From positions 12,684,197 through 12,738,379 of the forward strand of contig JASCQW010000168.1 in NCBI GenBank assembly GCA_030264375.1: a stretch of 54,183 nt of DNA. The letters run 5' to 3'. Below the pieces are notes generated by a model. That model searched no databases. It saw nothing but the letters and a program-made list of their open reading frames with translations, and was not told the origin of the DNA. Source of the stretch: Carcharhinus longimanus (Eukaryota). This document shows positions 37,423 through 52,044 of this stretch, one piece after another; position 1 is the first letter of the stretch; every line of letters begins with the position of its first letter. A program made the translations under genes and the position numbers.

Positions 37423-39187
37423 ACAATAAACATTTTGAGTAGCAACGACAGACACCGTAACAGACATTTTGAGTAACAGGCAGCTTAAATGAAACCAGAA
37501 GCATTTTCAATTTCTATTTGAAACTATGGACCCCATTTTAACTCGGTGGAAATGAATGGGTTTGAGAGATTTAAAATAAGGAACTAATCTGAGATGAAAA
37601 TTTTATACAATCTGATTCAATGGTGTGACAACTTGCAAATTTTAAATGACAAAAAGCAGAAGCTTTATGATTGTAAATCAGCAAAAAAGATTGAAACAAT
37701 CAGCTTTTTTTAAAAAGGCGCCCTTCTCTAATTTCCACATTCACATCAATTGCTTGGTTAATTCAGGCTTTTGTTATTCTGTTAACAATTTATTTCAAAA
37801 GCCAAACCTCAAAATCTGTAAATTCCCACCTGGCAGAGCAAGGTATGCTGTTGAAGAACACGTTGGGATTGTAAAGAAGTATTAATAACTCTTGTCTGTT
37901 TAAACTATCCATGAATGGTGTGGTTCTTAACTGTTTAAGTGCAAGTGACCACAGTCCAAGAGCATTTTGAGAAGACTTGGTGGTAGTTCATGGGATGGTG
38001 CTCAATCTTCTAGTAGAACTTGCACTTCAGCTAGCTATTTCCCACCAACACCCAGCTGTGTCAATGAATTAAGCCCAGTGAGTGGATTTTGACCAGTTCT
38101 TTCAATAAAGACTAATACAACATTAACTGGCATTAATATGTATTAGCATTTCACCGGAAGAAAATTTAGTCTTGAATGTCATTCTCCTTTTTTGAGGGGT
38201 GAAAATAGGGAGCATCATGAAAAGACCAGCCTGGAGGTTTCACTTATCTCCCAGTTTTTCACTAACTTCAAGATTCAGCACTGTGCTCAATGGCATTGAA
38301 AACAATCCACATTGTTGTGCTTGGGCAGAGTGAGCTTTGCTCTGTGTCTTAGCACTGTTACATATAACCAAGGGGTCTTAATGTTTTTACTAGGTATGCT
38401 GAAGAAGACCTCTCAAAGCTTTGACATCACAGGTTGTACAAATGCAATTGCATCCCTTCCTAATTACGCAATTATGTTCATAGCTTTTCTGATAATAATG
38501 TCCACCTTCAGAGGGAAATCCTTTGGTTTTTAAGATCAACAAACTCTTTCCTTCCTCTGCACAGATTCTGACTGGCACCAATGATCAAATTTCCAATACT
38601 AGCTAGGGATGCCGGAGACTCTTGGCCATGTGGTGTAGCCCATGATAGGTAATTGGCACTCTTGATCAGCTTACTGGGAACACTTTCAATCACATGGGAT
38701 TTTATCTGGCAAATGTGTTCCCTTCCTCCCTTGATTGACAGCCATGGTTGGACAAAGAAATATTGTGCACATAGCAAGTCTCATCATAACTGAGCAGCAT
38801 TTAGAACAGACAGTTGAACTTGGCCTTCTAGCTTGCTGGGGCAGCTACAAAGCTCCCAGATATGTTTATAAATTTTGAGGTATTCCACATCTATTTAGCC
38901 TTTTACAGTGCCAATGCTGAAGAACGTTTTAGAAATAACACCAAATCAGAGACATGCCTAAAAACTCTCACCAGAAATTATGAAAATGCTTTAATAACAT
39001 ATAGGATGAGTTACATTGCTGGATTACAAATAATAATATTGTCAGATTTGTTCTGATATCTCAGGAAAAGCAGAATTCCTCCTCCACACTTCTCCAAATA
39101 AAATATATGGGAGTTTATATTATTTGGCACATATCATCATTAATTAAAAACAGATCACAATTGTGTATATATCAAATCAAGCAATTA

Positions 39188-39316
<129 letters not shown>

Positions 39317-42300
39317 CTACGGGAGAAAAGCATTGTCTTGATGGCACATGAATTAAAGGGAATGGTGCAAACATCCTCATTGCAAAGAACATCGCTCTTA
39401 TTTGAACTGCACTTAGATTTCAGTACCTGCATACATTCCAACAGATGACTACAAATGATTTAATTAATAATGGAAAGGAGCTGGTTTATTAGACCCATAA
39501 TATTAAGATGCATGACAAGCAAAGCACCATATGCTTAAAAACATATGCCCTTAAATGAATTCTAATTTTACCCAATTTGAAAGCCTTCTGATAATAAAGT
39601 AAAGCACAGACTATATAATTTTAATCTGGATGATGTAACTCATTGCGAATCACAATCTGAATCAACAGTGGAAGTGGTTTGAAATTCAATTTACAGGCTG
39701 ATTTTTCTTCTATGGTTATGGTTGCTTTTCTTCTACAGAGAGGTAGTGTCTTCTGGTGCATATTTATTTGTTCTGGTTTGCCATCACTATTTTTCCCTCT
39801 TGCTTATACACCGCTCCTGAGCTGATTAAGACAAGGAGATCTCTGAAATGAACTCTTCTCTACTTTTTATTCAGTGTCCCCTCTGACAATACAGCTTGTG
39901 AGCAGAAACCCGCCAGTTGAATAATTTCTGATGGAGGGGGATGGACATTGGCTAGAGTTTGACTTACAAATTAGTTACATTTGAACAATTAACCAATCTT
40001 ATATAGGTAAATAAATCTTCATAGCACCATTTTGGTGAAGGAACTATGGACAAGATTCTTTACTCATTGACCATACATCAATTGAAAATCTAGCGCTTTT
40101 TTCCTTAAAGTGAAGCTACTATTTTCAAATAATTTAAAAGGACAGGAACTGCAATGTCAAACAAACAAGTTTCAGTAGTTTGTGCAGTTCCCCTGTGACT
40201 GAAAAACGTGTGCTGAGTGCAACATCATTAATTAACTGCACCTTATCAATAGTTTAAAGTAACAATCACAATTATTTAAAGGTAATACACGTCAAGCATA
40301 CAACTACTGCACGGCACAGCTGTATGTTAAATTAGTTAGCTGACCCAAAGGAAAGAGATGGCTGGTACGCATTATTGACAAGAATCCCAATCTTTGTGGT
40401 TAAATGGACTATTGTCTGAAACTTTCCTTTAGTCCCAGTTGTTTACTATAAACATCCAGCTCTTTCCTCTGGGATTTCTCAAACTACTTGGTTTCATATA
40501 GTTCTACTTTCATATCCAAAGGCTTTGATTTTTGGTAGACAAGAACAAAACAAAGATGAAAAGGAAAGGTAGCAGTAGAGAAAGCGCACTCGAGAGAAGG
40601 CACATTCACAAATAAAGCATAGTGAGATCTGAATTGCTTCCAGGGTTGAACTCCTTGCAGTTGCTGATTTACAAGTGTTATTAGTAGGGCCAGCTCCTTT
40701 TGGTTTGCTGGGATTATGCCAGCACCACCTCTCCTTAGATGCAATTAAATTCCACAAGGATTCTTCAATGTCCTGAGGTGATAACCAGATTTTTGTTTCA
40801 AATTTTCTTCCTATTCATTCTGCCTGACTCTTATGTTCATTCATTACTTAACAGCTATTCCTTTAATTTACCTCATCCTTGCCTCTCACTGTTTGAAACA
40901 TTTCTGGAGTCCAGTGGAATGGGCCTTAGCCCCTGACTTTGTTTTCTCAATAATAAAAAAACGCTCAGGAACAAACCTGCTATCATTGTTTCCTGCAAGA
41001 ACATTTTCAAATAGAATGGCAATTCTGCTTTTAAAATCAAAATTCATTAGCAGAAATATAAAGAAAATCTGAATCAAAACCACAGATCCATGAGCATCAA
41101 AGCTAATGAGTTTCATGGATGTATTTTTGTTCTTATTTTAGATTTACTGCATTGACCTTCACTTCTCAATTTTCCCCATTTTCTTGTGAGCCATTTTAGC
41201 AATCTACATGTTGTTTCAAGTATTTTTATTGTCTCACAAGCTTTTTTAAATTTCATCTAATAGTTCCTGATTTTCAATAAAGCGGTTCATAAATCACTTA
41301 ATCCAGTAGCTTCCTCTCTGTGACTGCACCTTCTGATATTCCCTCATCATCTTTTATCCCTCTAACCTCCTTAAGCTGTTTATGTGCCAGCTCTCATTTG
41401 CTGTGTATTTCCAACATTTTCCACTTTTGTTAAAAGTTACTGTTTCATTTCCAACATAACACATATGGAATATCCCACTGCGCATATTCTGAATTGTCGA
41501 GAATCTGCTAATATTATTCTACTTCTATAAACTGATGCTTCATTTGAAATCAGGTAACTTTATAGCAACTAATAAAAAAAATTCTAACTTTCATTTATGT
41601 AACATCTTACCACTGAATGAACCATACTGAAATATAACGTTCATTTAGACACGTCCCAGCTGGAGAGAAATAGCTAAGCTGTAATGTTGACTATGTGTTC
41701 TAATAACCCTACTTCATGAAATGAATTCTAAAGCTTGAATCCAGATATGTTGAGTTGTGGGTATCCAGTTCATTATTGATATCTTTGAACAGAGTTTTTA
41801 AAAGATGGTTTACAGTTGATGTTTCAGGTGAATCAAATGTGTATGGACCTTCCATACAGCACTATTGTCGGACAAAACACTAAGAACGTTGCACAAAAGA
41901 TGCTCCACAAGGTTTTTCAAAGAGTAAAATATAAATAATGCAGTTTATATCATAAATCATGATATATATAACAGCATCATAGCTAGTTAGGTGAAAATAA
42001 CTTGTACTTCTCGTATATACGATTATGTCATTTACTAATAACATCAAGCTATGTACAATATTCATAGTACAAGAAAAAAGCACTTAACTATGTGTTATCA
42101 CTCACACAAGGTCTTGGTACCATAATCCAGGCTTAAACTGCATTGTGTGTACTTTTATAATTTAGACCCCTGTATGTATGTACACATTGTACACTGGTGT
42201 ATGTGCCTCCATATTCATGTAAGCTTTTCTTTCTTTATGAATAGGGATCTGATTTCTGCAGAGATCAGATCCAATCTAATATTCAATTGGCACTGTAATT

Positions 42301-43656
42301 AGAATATAAATTAATAAAAACCAAGTCTCAGTATAGATTTCCATATATCAGCAAACTGTTCATACAAGGTTGACTTATTAACAGATTAAATTTTAACTAG
42401 AAAATCACAGAGTAATCCCAGGAAGCAAATTTCTGTTGGTATAGAGTTCAGTTCACTGTGGTAATGACATGCTTTCACCACAAACACACACAGAACAACA
42501 ATATGCAACAAACAGCTCCAAAAATAGAGGTACAACCATTGCAAGCCATGTGTGACTGCAGGAACTAGTGTTGGATGGCTGAATGGCACTGGAAACTCTC
42601 CTATTTTTGTTTTACATATATCACTGCACACAAGCTTGGAGTCAGACAAAGGAAGGAGGCAAGGAACAGACACAAAGCAAAAGAGGAGGAAGAAAGGGGC
42701 AATCCATGGAACAAAAAGAGAATAAGCAAGGAGCTACTATGCTAGTTGGGTCAGCAATCAAATGAGGCTTGAAAAATTGAAACAAAAATCATGAAAAAAT
42801 TCAAAGATTCAAATTGGTATCTTTAGACTAAAAGGATACTGCCAAAACATTAATTTATTTCATGCATTAATATTTCACTCAATGTCAAGCAGCAAACAGG
42901 GTTTGGTTGTGGGGGGGTGGGTGGGCGCAGATGACAAGTGGCTGTCTTTAATAGTGGGTTGGGAGACAATCTGCAAGCTTGCTAAAGCAAGAAAAACTGT
43001 GAAGAAATGGCAAAAAACTGCTTCTGAAATATGTATTTCCACATTTAGTGAATTGACTATGTAAGTATGAAACATGAGCAGTTACCATCAGGACATATTA
43101 AAATGATCATTGTTTTAAAAAAAATCATCATTAATTAGCTAATGAAATAAATTTGTGATTGTTCATTTTTTCTTTTCAATGAATCCACAGACAACATTAA
43201 GTACTGTTTAAGTGTATGAAAATCTGAAGACAGACAATGTGTAAGACATCAGTTGAAGACTTTGACAAGCAGACAGCATAATAGCATCTTGGCTGACTGA
43301 CATTTACATTACATCATCATGGGGGATGGGGTGGAATAAAAGTTTACGGCAGCAAAGGTTTTCATATGGAATGTTGGAGACACAATCTGTGAGACAGTGA
43401 AGAATGAAGGACCATCCAGAAAAATATATGCAAATATCACGTTTTTCCCCCGCACAAATTAGTGCAAGGACAAGAAGTTTAAAAAAAACTATAAATGTCA
43501 AAAGTTGACTAAAATATGATGTTATTTAGTATTATCCTGCTGACTTGGTGAGAGTAAAAGAATGAGCACTCTGGGAAATGCATAGCAAAGCTAGAAGATG
43601 TAAAGAATTGAAGAGAAAGTTGAGATTGGTTGGAAAGTAAATGAAGAGAGTTTTAC

Positions 43657-43668
43657 CGCTTGGCACCT
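43657..43668 (-). CDS. KCNMA1: KCNMA1 C1 12-nt microexon, SRKR equivalent; gives RES-R-GAKR-ILINPG
   Basis: About 200 nt of T-rich tract, then ttgtttacag|AGGTGCCAAGCG|gtaaaa. Phase 2/2, same size and position as the SRKR insert and ends in KR. Confidence 0.8.
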
Positions 43669-44257
43669 CTGTAAACAACAAGAGAACATTTCAATCAAAC
43701 GCCATGGTAGGAACAAACAGGTTGCAACAAAAACAAAAGGAAACATTCCAACTTGGCAAACATAAAACAAACAAAATAGTTTTGTTCCTTCAAAAACACA
43801 AATGTGGCAAAACGCAAGAAAACATAAAAAGGAATCCCACAAACAAGGACGCAAAGTTTGAACTTTGTTCTATTTTCTCTATGATGTGATGGGATTACAA
43901 AGATGAATCTGTACATTCCAAATATATTTTGGACACTACTTTTGGACATTTGCTACGCTCCTTCACAGCATCTATGTATTTCACCATAAGATGTGTTTGG
44001 CCTGTCATTATTCATGATAATTGCGAGTTTTAATGAAAGTTAATTGAGCTTTCCCTTCTTCCTTCCTCCCATTTGTTCATCACTTCAACGCGGTAAATGT
44101 CCCTAAATTCCCTCAAATTAAACAAGTTCTACTATTTTCCTCTTAAAATCTTCCATAAACTTTCAGGAAAAATAACTAATGAAGATTCTGGAAACGTACA
44201 GCAGCTTGATCAGCATTTAACATGGCCTCTCTGATCAAAACTAATGGCTGAAACAAA

Positions 44258-44573
44258 TCATAGAATCCTACAGTGCAGAAGGAGGCCAATCGGCCCATCG
44301 AGTCTGCACCGACCACAATCTCATCCAGGCCCTATCCCCGTAACCCCATGCATTTACCCTAGCTAGTCCCCCTGACACCAAGGGGCAATTTAGCATGACC
44401 AATCCACCGAACCTGCACATCTTTGGACTGTGGGAGGAAACCGGAGCACCAGGAGGAAACCCACACAGACATAGGGACAATGTGCAAACTCAGCACAGAC
44501 AGTGACCCAAGCTGGGCATTGAAGCCAGGTCCCTGGCGCTGTGAGGCAGCAGTGCTAATCACCATGCCACCCC
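44258..44573 (-). mobile_element. Full-length HE1 SINE with 8-nt target-site duplication
   Basis: tRNA-derived head, core and cttctgcactgtaggattctatga tail. gaaacaaa is duplicated at 44250-44257 and 44574-44581. Confidence 0.92.
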
Positions 44574-47032
44574 GAAACAAAGGATCCCAACTGAATATTA
44601 ACCTATTTTGCCTCTTTTAGCTGATTGAGCTGCCATGTTTCCCCAACATTTTCTTAAATAAGTGCCTTAAGATGCACTTGTTACCAAATTACTCCAAATT
44701 TAGACTTTACAAAAGTTTCTGTAACATAGAACCCAATCAATCCTATTTTTAATGGAAGCGATTGGACAGGAAATGTATTTTACATTAGGCTGGGATATAA
44801 CATTGGACACATATAATGACAGTGAGAGGCTGATTAGACATGCTAATTAGCATCGGTTGATACATAGCTCTTCATATGAACAGTTCATTATGTCTTACGG
44901 TGTCTGATGTATGCAATATTGAGTAGAAGGTTAATACCACATTTAAATGAAATTAAGATCAGTTATCAGTACAAATACCAAGCAATGCTATCCTAAAAGT
45001 TCTTCAATTGGATATCTTTGAGATTATCTTTTGATAATAAAGGTTGCATTCACTTGTGCATTGTGAATCCTTCATTAATGGCAATGAAAGGAATTACACG
45101 GTGTTAAGTGCATTTATATTCTGTCAGTTCAATGAACAACTTAAGAACTGTACAGTATAGACCCTTTAATGATCCTGTTTGCAGAAAATTGGATCTAACA
45201 TGAATATGAGACACTAATTTGGCCTCATTTATTGCCTTTGAAGACCTGATGCTTTGGGAGCAGAAGCTCTCCTGGTCCTTGGCTGAAAGTACAATACCAA
45301 TTGGATTGTCCAGATCTATTTGCTTCAATATAGTTTATGCTTTGAGTAGTTTTTAAACTGGCAACGTACAGCTTCAACTAGTTTTGCACAATCAGATGCT
45401 GCCAGGCACTACACCCAATCTGAAGGAGCTCTTGGAATGATTGTCTTCAATTTAGCACCTAATACGCGTCCACATCTGTGAGTGGATATTTAATCTTAGT
45501 TCTTGAGAATTTACAGTGCATATTACTGCTAATTGGGATTAACAGTGAATCAATAATGATTGCTTAATGCAAATAAGTGGATTAAAGTACAGTTTGCTTA
45601 ACATGAGGCTGCTTCCATTAAGTGGCTTCTACTGTGTTAATGAATAAAATCAGCATCATTTATCCCCTTTCACATTTAAGGGCAACTATGTCTGAACTGC
45701 ATTCACTTTATCATATATAGAATGCCTTGCTTCCATTTCATATATACTGTTATGTGGAAATATGCCTGAACTGACTTTGAATGGTGTAAACTGGTGCCGG
45801 ATGAGATGGGTTATGCTCACAGAGCACTTAACTGCTGTCTATGGCCAATGGCAATCAGCCTATTCCAAAAATGACTAATGAGCAAGTGCTTCCCAACCAT
45901 GCATCACATAACCTTCAAAGATTCCTGGACAGTACTTAACCATCAATCATGATGACAGCAGGAACTAAGTAAGTGTCTGTAGGAAGTTACTTTGAAATCT
46001 AGAGGCATTTCTGATTAAAATGATGGTAAACTTGAAGAATGTTAACAATTAACTTTAAACAATTAACCTTGTTCGGCTCTGTTATGATAATTGTATTGAA
46101 GAACATGTTTTACCAATAGTCTACTGTCGGAAAGGTAATGATATTCCCATTAGAATTAACAGGGATCAGCACCACCATGGTACTACATTTTATATTGGCT
46201 GCAATGATAAAACAATACTACTGTCAGCCTTTAAATATTCCTCTTCTCTTTTCAACCACTGTTGAAAGCAAAACAGTGGTAGGTGCTTCCCTAATCATCA
46301 CAGGAACTTTGACTCATTCTCAGTTCTCTGTAAGTTATTACCTCCAGCATGGGTTTACTTCTTTCCAATATAAAACAAGCAGGATCCAACATTAGTGACC
46401 GAGTGAAACAGTTGGTGTACCTTCTTTATTTACTTCAGGTTTTTAAGACACATTTGTTCAGTTTTTCAAAAGGAGAAAAAAAGACTAGTTGTGATGTATT
46501 TTTGGAAAAAATAGTTAATATCTGCTTGATGTGTATCAGCTTATAAAAGTGTGTTCCATTAAAAGAGATGGGGTAACAAGTAAATGAAGGATGATATTGA
46601 TACGACCAATTAATCTGACACTGTGATTTTGAAGAAATATTTAGATATTTGATGTCCTGTTAGTTAACATTCCTTGCAGTACTCATGGGCACAATGTTTT
46701 CAATAGCATGATGTGGGAAGAACCACTCCCTCAATGAGTTAAGGAAACACATTGGGAGAACTATAGATCCCAGGAATTATTTCAATTGTACAGCTTTTGA
46801 GTATTTCTTTCACTCCACTCCGCAACCAACATGGGAAAGGGATAAAAGGCTCTAACAGGCTTTTAATCAGATTCAAGCTGCCAATGTGAAATGGAGTTAG
46901 AAGATGCTGAGTTTGTAGCAACAACTGAAATGTCTTTGTCAACGTTTAGTGTCCACTTGACAGTTCGGTCGATTAGAAAGACTTGTGATGCAATTAATAC
47001 GCACAATTCACAAGAAAGGCTGTGGTACTCAC

Positions 47033-47101
47033 CTGCTTTCCCTTGTGTCCGATTTGTATTCTATGGCTAACAATAACAGCTTCAGCTTCACAAAACAAAG
47101 C
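47033..47101 (-). CDS. KCNMA1: KCNMA1 constitutive exon: (E)[22 protein letters not shown](S/R)
   Basis: atttacag|GCTTTGT...GAAAGCAG|gtgagt. 69 nt, phase 2/2. Confidence 0.97.
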
Positions 47102-47323
47102 CTGTAAATGGAAGGCAAAGAACCAGTCACCTCGTATCATTACATATCAGGCAGGTAAAGCCATTTCACAAATAAAGTCAGTAGACAATATTCTTGACAG
47201 GAGGGGATCATTCTGATCTTAGACAAATTCCTCATGGAGTTGTAAAAATACTTGGAGCTGTATGATCAAAAAGAGATATCCTTAAGAAGCCTCCTGGCTC
47301 ACTGGATGCCAGGATAGATACTG

Positions 47324-47628
47324 TCATAGAATCCCTGCAGTACAGAAGGAGGCCATTCAGCCTATCAAGTCTGCACCGACCCAATCCCACCCAGGCCCAC
47401 AAACTTACCCTGCTAACCCCCTAACACTACGGTCAATTTAGCACGGCCAATCAACCTAACCCACAAATCTTTGGGCTATGGGAGGAAACCAGAGCACCTG
47501 GAAGAAACCCACGCAGACACGTGGAGAATGTGCAGACTCCACACAGACAGTGACCCAAGGCGGGAATTGAACCCGGATTCCTGAGGCTGTGAGGCAGCAG
47601 TGCTAACTGCTGTGCCACCATGCTGCCC
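47324..47628 (-). mobile_element. HE1 SINE
   Basis: gggcagcatggtggcacagcagttagcactgctgcctcacag head, gggttcaattcc B box and LINE-type tail. Confidence 0.9.
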
Positions 47629-48664
47629 TGGGCAAATGCTCAGTTTGTTCTGGTCCTCTCCCTGAAACTACTAGAGGATGGACGATGTCAGAGATGGGGG
47701 AGCGCGGACATGGATCAGGAAGGAGAGTGAGGCATATAAAGCAGTGACAAATATTTTTTCCAAGTTTTGCGAAGTAATGGGGTGAAGGTTTCTCTGAAAA
47801 CAGGCCTCTGAATGAAGTACACGTCAGGTGATAGAAGCTGTGCCACATTGCTCAACTCTCCATTGTAACTGATCTTGGTACCAATCAATCCAGACTAAAG
47901 ATGTGATTTTTATCCCACAGCCACATAAGGTAGATCATGTCAGTATCAATGATTGGAGAATCCAGAGAGTCTACCTCAGGGTCAAGCTACATTATTTGGC
48001 TGTCCAGTCGAAACCAGGGCACACCAGAAATTCAGAATTATGCTCAATATTAGGCCCTGCAATAACAGCTTAATATTATTTCTCCTTAAGCCAGACAATT
48101 GCAAGTACTGTTCACAAAGCAGTCAGTCTGTCATAAGTGCATTTGTGTTAAATCTATGCCCAGTAAACCGCAACGATCTTCTTAATAGAGAATGAATCAA
48201 ACAATAAAAGGATCATCCATATAATTTCTGATTGTGTACATCAACTTGCTTGTCAATTAACACACTTGAAGTGTCAAGTGAGAAAATATTTCTAGCTCTG
48301 GTCCTATCATCCATCACTTTACTCTACTAATTATAGTCATTCTATTACATTTACTAAGAAAAAAGGCTGAAAATCAATTTTTATTAGTTGCACAATCATT
48401 ATTAATTAAGCAAGAAATATTGAATCCAAGTATGAAGAAAAATCAGTGTAAAATTAAATTTATAATATTTTTGTCATTAATGTAATGTTTACAGCCGAAC
48501 CCACACAAGTATTTATTTTGCGCGGTCTAATATGGACTAAAGAGAAATTGAAACAAAACTCAATGGACAACTTATCAACTTAAATTGGAAGTTGATCATA
48601 ATTACTAATCATCCTGAAATTTTAACAGTCATCGACGGTCTTTAAACATGGCTACGGTGTTAAG

Positions 48665-48960
48665 ATACATATGAAGAACAGACCATTCAGGTCTTCAAGC
48701 TTGTTCTGGCATATGTCACCTGGTCAGTATCTCAACTCCATTTACCTTTCTTTTACATATATCCTTTCATACACTTAGCAAAAAAAATCAGTCAATCTCA
48801 GTCAAATTTTTCAATTGGCCAACCATCTTTTGCAAGAGAATTTTCCACATTTCCACTGTGTGTGGAAACAGTGCTTTCTGATGTCACCCTTGTATGATCT
48901 ATCTCTAACTTCAATATTGCGCCCCTTGTTACAGAGTTCCCCAACCAGAAAAAATATCTT
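48665..48960 (-). mobile_element. Degenerate CR1-like LINE 3' fragment
   Basis: gaccattcaggtcttcaagc...tctcaactccattt is similar to the 20745 copy. Confidence 0.5.
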
Positions 48961-49155
48961 CTCTCTAACTACACTTTTACCATTTTAACCCCTTATCAAG
49001 CTAAACATGGGTAAAATGTTCTTTCGGAGAGTCAGTGCAGACTCATTGGTCAGAATGGCCTCTTTCTGCACTGTAGTGGTTCCAATGGATTCTATTGTTC
49101 AACAGGCCAAAAGATGGACAGGCTGGCTGATGCCATACACCATAATATAGCGTTC

Positions 49156-49437
49156 AGTTTAGTATTTATTAGTGTCACAAGTAACAGTTACTGTGAAAAT
49201 CCTCTCGCTGCCACAGTCTGGTGCCTGTTTGGGTACACAGGGGGGAGAATTTAGCATGGCCGACGCACCTAACCAGCATGTCTTTTGGAGCGTGGGGGGG
49301 AACCGGAGCATCCAGAGGAAACCCACGCAGGTGCAGAGAGAACGTGCAAACTCCACACAGACAGTGACCCATGCCAGGAATTGAACCTGGGACCCTGGTG
49401 CTGCAAGGTTGGGCAGGAAGACAGTGAGCTAGCCACT
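49156..49437 (-). mobile_element. HE1-related SINE, type-2 tail
   Basis: Shared core with an acttgtgacactaataaata tail. Confidence 0.85.
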
Positions 49438-52044
49438 TGTTTGATTTTATGTGTCCCCGTCACCTGGCCTTCATTCCTGCTGGTGAGGAATGGGGGAGGG
49501 GAATGATTGTAAAATTCCCCCTGGGTTGTATCAAGGTTAAGTAGCTAATCACATTCAAGAACTCTCCCAGACAGCAACATCAGGAACTTTAAAGCACTGA
49601 TTATCTTTCACATTATCACTTTACAGAGAGGAAAATAAAGGTTCGAATGTACACGTGGTATTAAACTAGAAATTTAAATATCATGAGTATAACATATTTA
49701 AAAACCGATGGAATTCTTATAATGGAAACATTTGACATTTCACAAATATAAGATTATTTTTCCTGGGCCGGAGAGGTTGTTCATTATCAATTATGAATTC
49801 AGACCTCACTGAATAAGACATCATGTTTCAAGGATTTTTAGTGAGGCCAAATGTAAAAATGGAAGCTCGCATCAGTTCAAGTGATTTCAAAGGATTTTCA
49901 TCCACAGGAACTTGGCAACAGCACACCCTGTGGGGGAGCAAGGACTCACTGACTGCAGCTTCTGGATTTCCACATTTAACGGTGAATGTTTCGGTGCCAG
50001 AATCTGCTGTCAGTTTCACAGTCATAATTACGGTGAATGTTGTAGTCTCACTGTCATTACAACTGCAAAATCCTGGCCATTATCTTTTACAGTCAAAGAT
50101 GCTGGAAATAACTCTAAAGGCTCCACAGTATCAAAGCAGGTTATCCGACTGAATATTTCACAATGTCCAGCACAGATCCACATCACTGGATGAAGAATCA
50201 CCCAGAATCTACGATGAATCAATCAAGCGTTTTGAAAACAATCAGCTCCAATACTTTCAGTTTAAAACTTTTCATCTATTTAATGATATCTTTCTCTTTC
50301 CTAACACGGTTCCATAAAACAGCTGTATTTACAGTAATGTTAACATGGATTAATTTGTGCAACAATATACAAAAGGACATATTGATTATCATAGGGCTTA
50401 ATTAAAGAGAATTGGATAGCATTATCCATCTAACACTAGCAAGGACATGAGAGTATGAATAATGAGGTCTCTTTAATTTAAACTAAAAAACAGGATAATT
50501 GANNNNNNNNNNNNNNNNNNNNTGTCAAGTGAAGATTTTTAGGCGATTCCTAAATCTCATTAGAACATCTGCATTCATTGATCATCACTTCCTTGTGGCA
50601 CTGCATCATTAGTCGACAATAACAACCCCTCCTTGTTTAAATCTCATTAACCCCATGAGAACAGATGATGCGAGTTTTCCAAGCAGCCATTACCATGACA
50701 AGGCGACTGTTGTTTGGTATATGAACATGACTCTCGTAATAAAGTAATCAGTTTCTCCCGAGGGGAAATCCAAAATCTGAACTGTAATTACCATATGGAG
50801 ACATTAACTGCTTTCATATACTCTACTTATATTTGGAAGGCCAATCCAATTCCATTTGGTGAGCTCAATTGAATTTGATTCCCCCTTCACATTAATGGTC
50901 ATCTTTGCCCTGACCTAGGGCATGCCTTGGACACCACTGAAATATCTACCCATCACTCCTGATGACATTACTTGGAAGAAGAATCAGTCTATTTATACTA
51001 AGCACTATATGCAGCTATCTGATTTGGAACCCAGATTTATTTTAATTATGCTACTTATCTCTCCACATTAAGTTGCATTCCTGTTCCAATATTAAATTTT
51101 ATTACCCTTTCCAGACAGAAAAGTAATACCTTATATTCAGTGACAAGTTAGCGCTCCATGCTACATTTGAGGAGGTCAAGAAGATAGCTGTACATTTTTC
51201 TTCTAGTAAGATTTAGCAGTCACGAGGAGGTGTACGAAGGAGGCTGATTCATCCTCACATCCTTTGCAACACAGCTCAGATTAGGCACTTATCATACAAA
51301 GAATAATGAGACCTTTACCTAACAATGTGGGTCGCATATTCTAAACTACCTACTGGAAAATGCAAACTACTATATTTTAAAACATTACCCTTCCTGTGAG
51401 TAACTGGGATATGTAGAAATTCTCAATACTGCTGTGTTCTCCTTTATAAATGGTTTTTCACTGCTGTTTTATGACGGATTACTTCAACATTTTTGAGTGA
51501 ACCAGTGTAGTTAACTTGACAGATAGTAGTTATTGAAGCCAATCAGGAAAGTGTGATGGATAATTTTTTTGTGCCTTGCAAATAGCTCATTCACAGATTA
51601 AATGTATAGGCTGTCACATTTAATGTGTGACTGTTATTCACAAGACTTTTAATTATATGTACTAATGGATAGGGAGCAGTAATCGCCAGAGAGGAGTAAG
51701 TAGTCAGAACAGTACTAAGCAGAGAGAGCAACAAAGGAAGGGAGGAAAGGGGGCTGCTGAAAAGTGGAAGTGACAATGAGCAGAGATAATAGCAAGAGGA
51801 GGTAGACATGGAAGTGACATGGAGAGAGGTGAGGGGGAGGAGTAGTAGGAGCTTTACTGGATAAGGAAGATTAAATGACAGGATCCAGCACCAAGTGGTA
51901 GAGAGTGGTGGAAGCAGTGCTAAGAAACAATGAATCCAAAGTGAAGCTGGGAAGAGGGTCTGATATGGAACTTGAAAACGATCTGGTAGTGCAACCTGGA
52001 AATAGGTCACCCTGAACACAAAAATATTGCCCTCTGTCTCTCTT

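Noticed and set aside
40484-40744. ORF containing YALFVNVPS, resembling the recalled avian C1 extension
   Set aside because: No convincing donor. The sequence directly after the 12-nt microexon is a better positional match, so this is probably coincidence.
44268-44620. Recurring peptides such as MSVWVSSWCSGFLPQSKDV (also near 37223 and 49159)
   Set aside because: Translations of HE1 SINE copies, not a gene family.
49823-50300. Overlapping ORFs with a repeated acggtgaatgtt
   Set aside because: No recognisable protein family or splice-phase fit; only a short local duplication.
51591-52019. 142-aa Leu/Ser-rich minus-strand ORF
   Set aside because: Low-complexity pyrimidine-rich sequence, probably a decayed LINE remnant.
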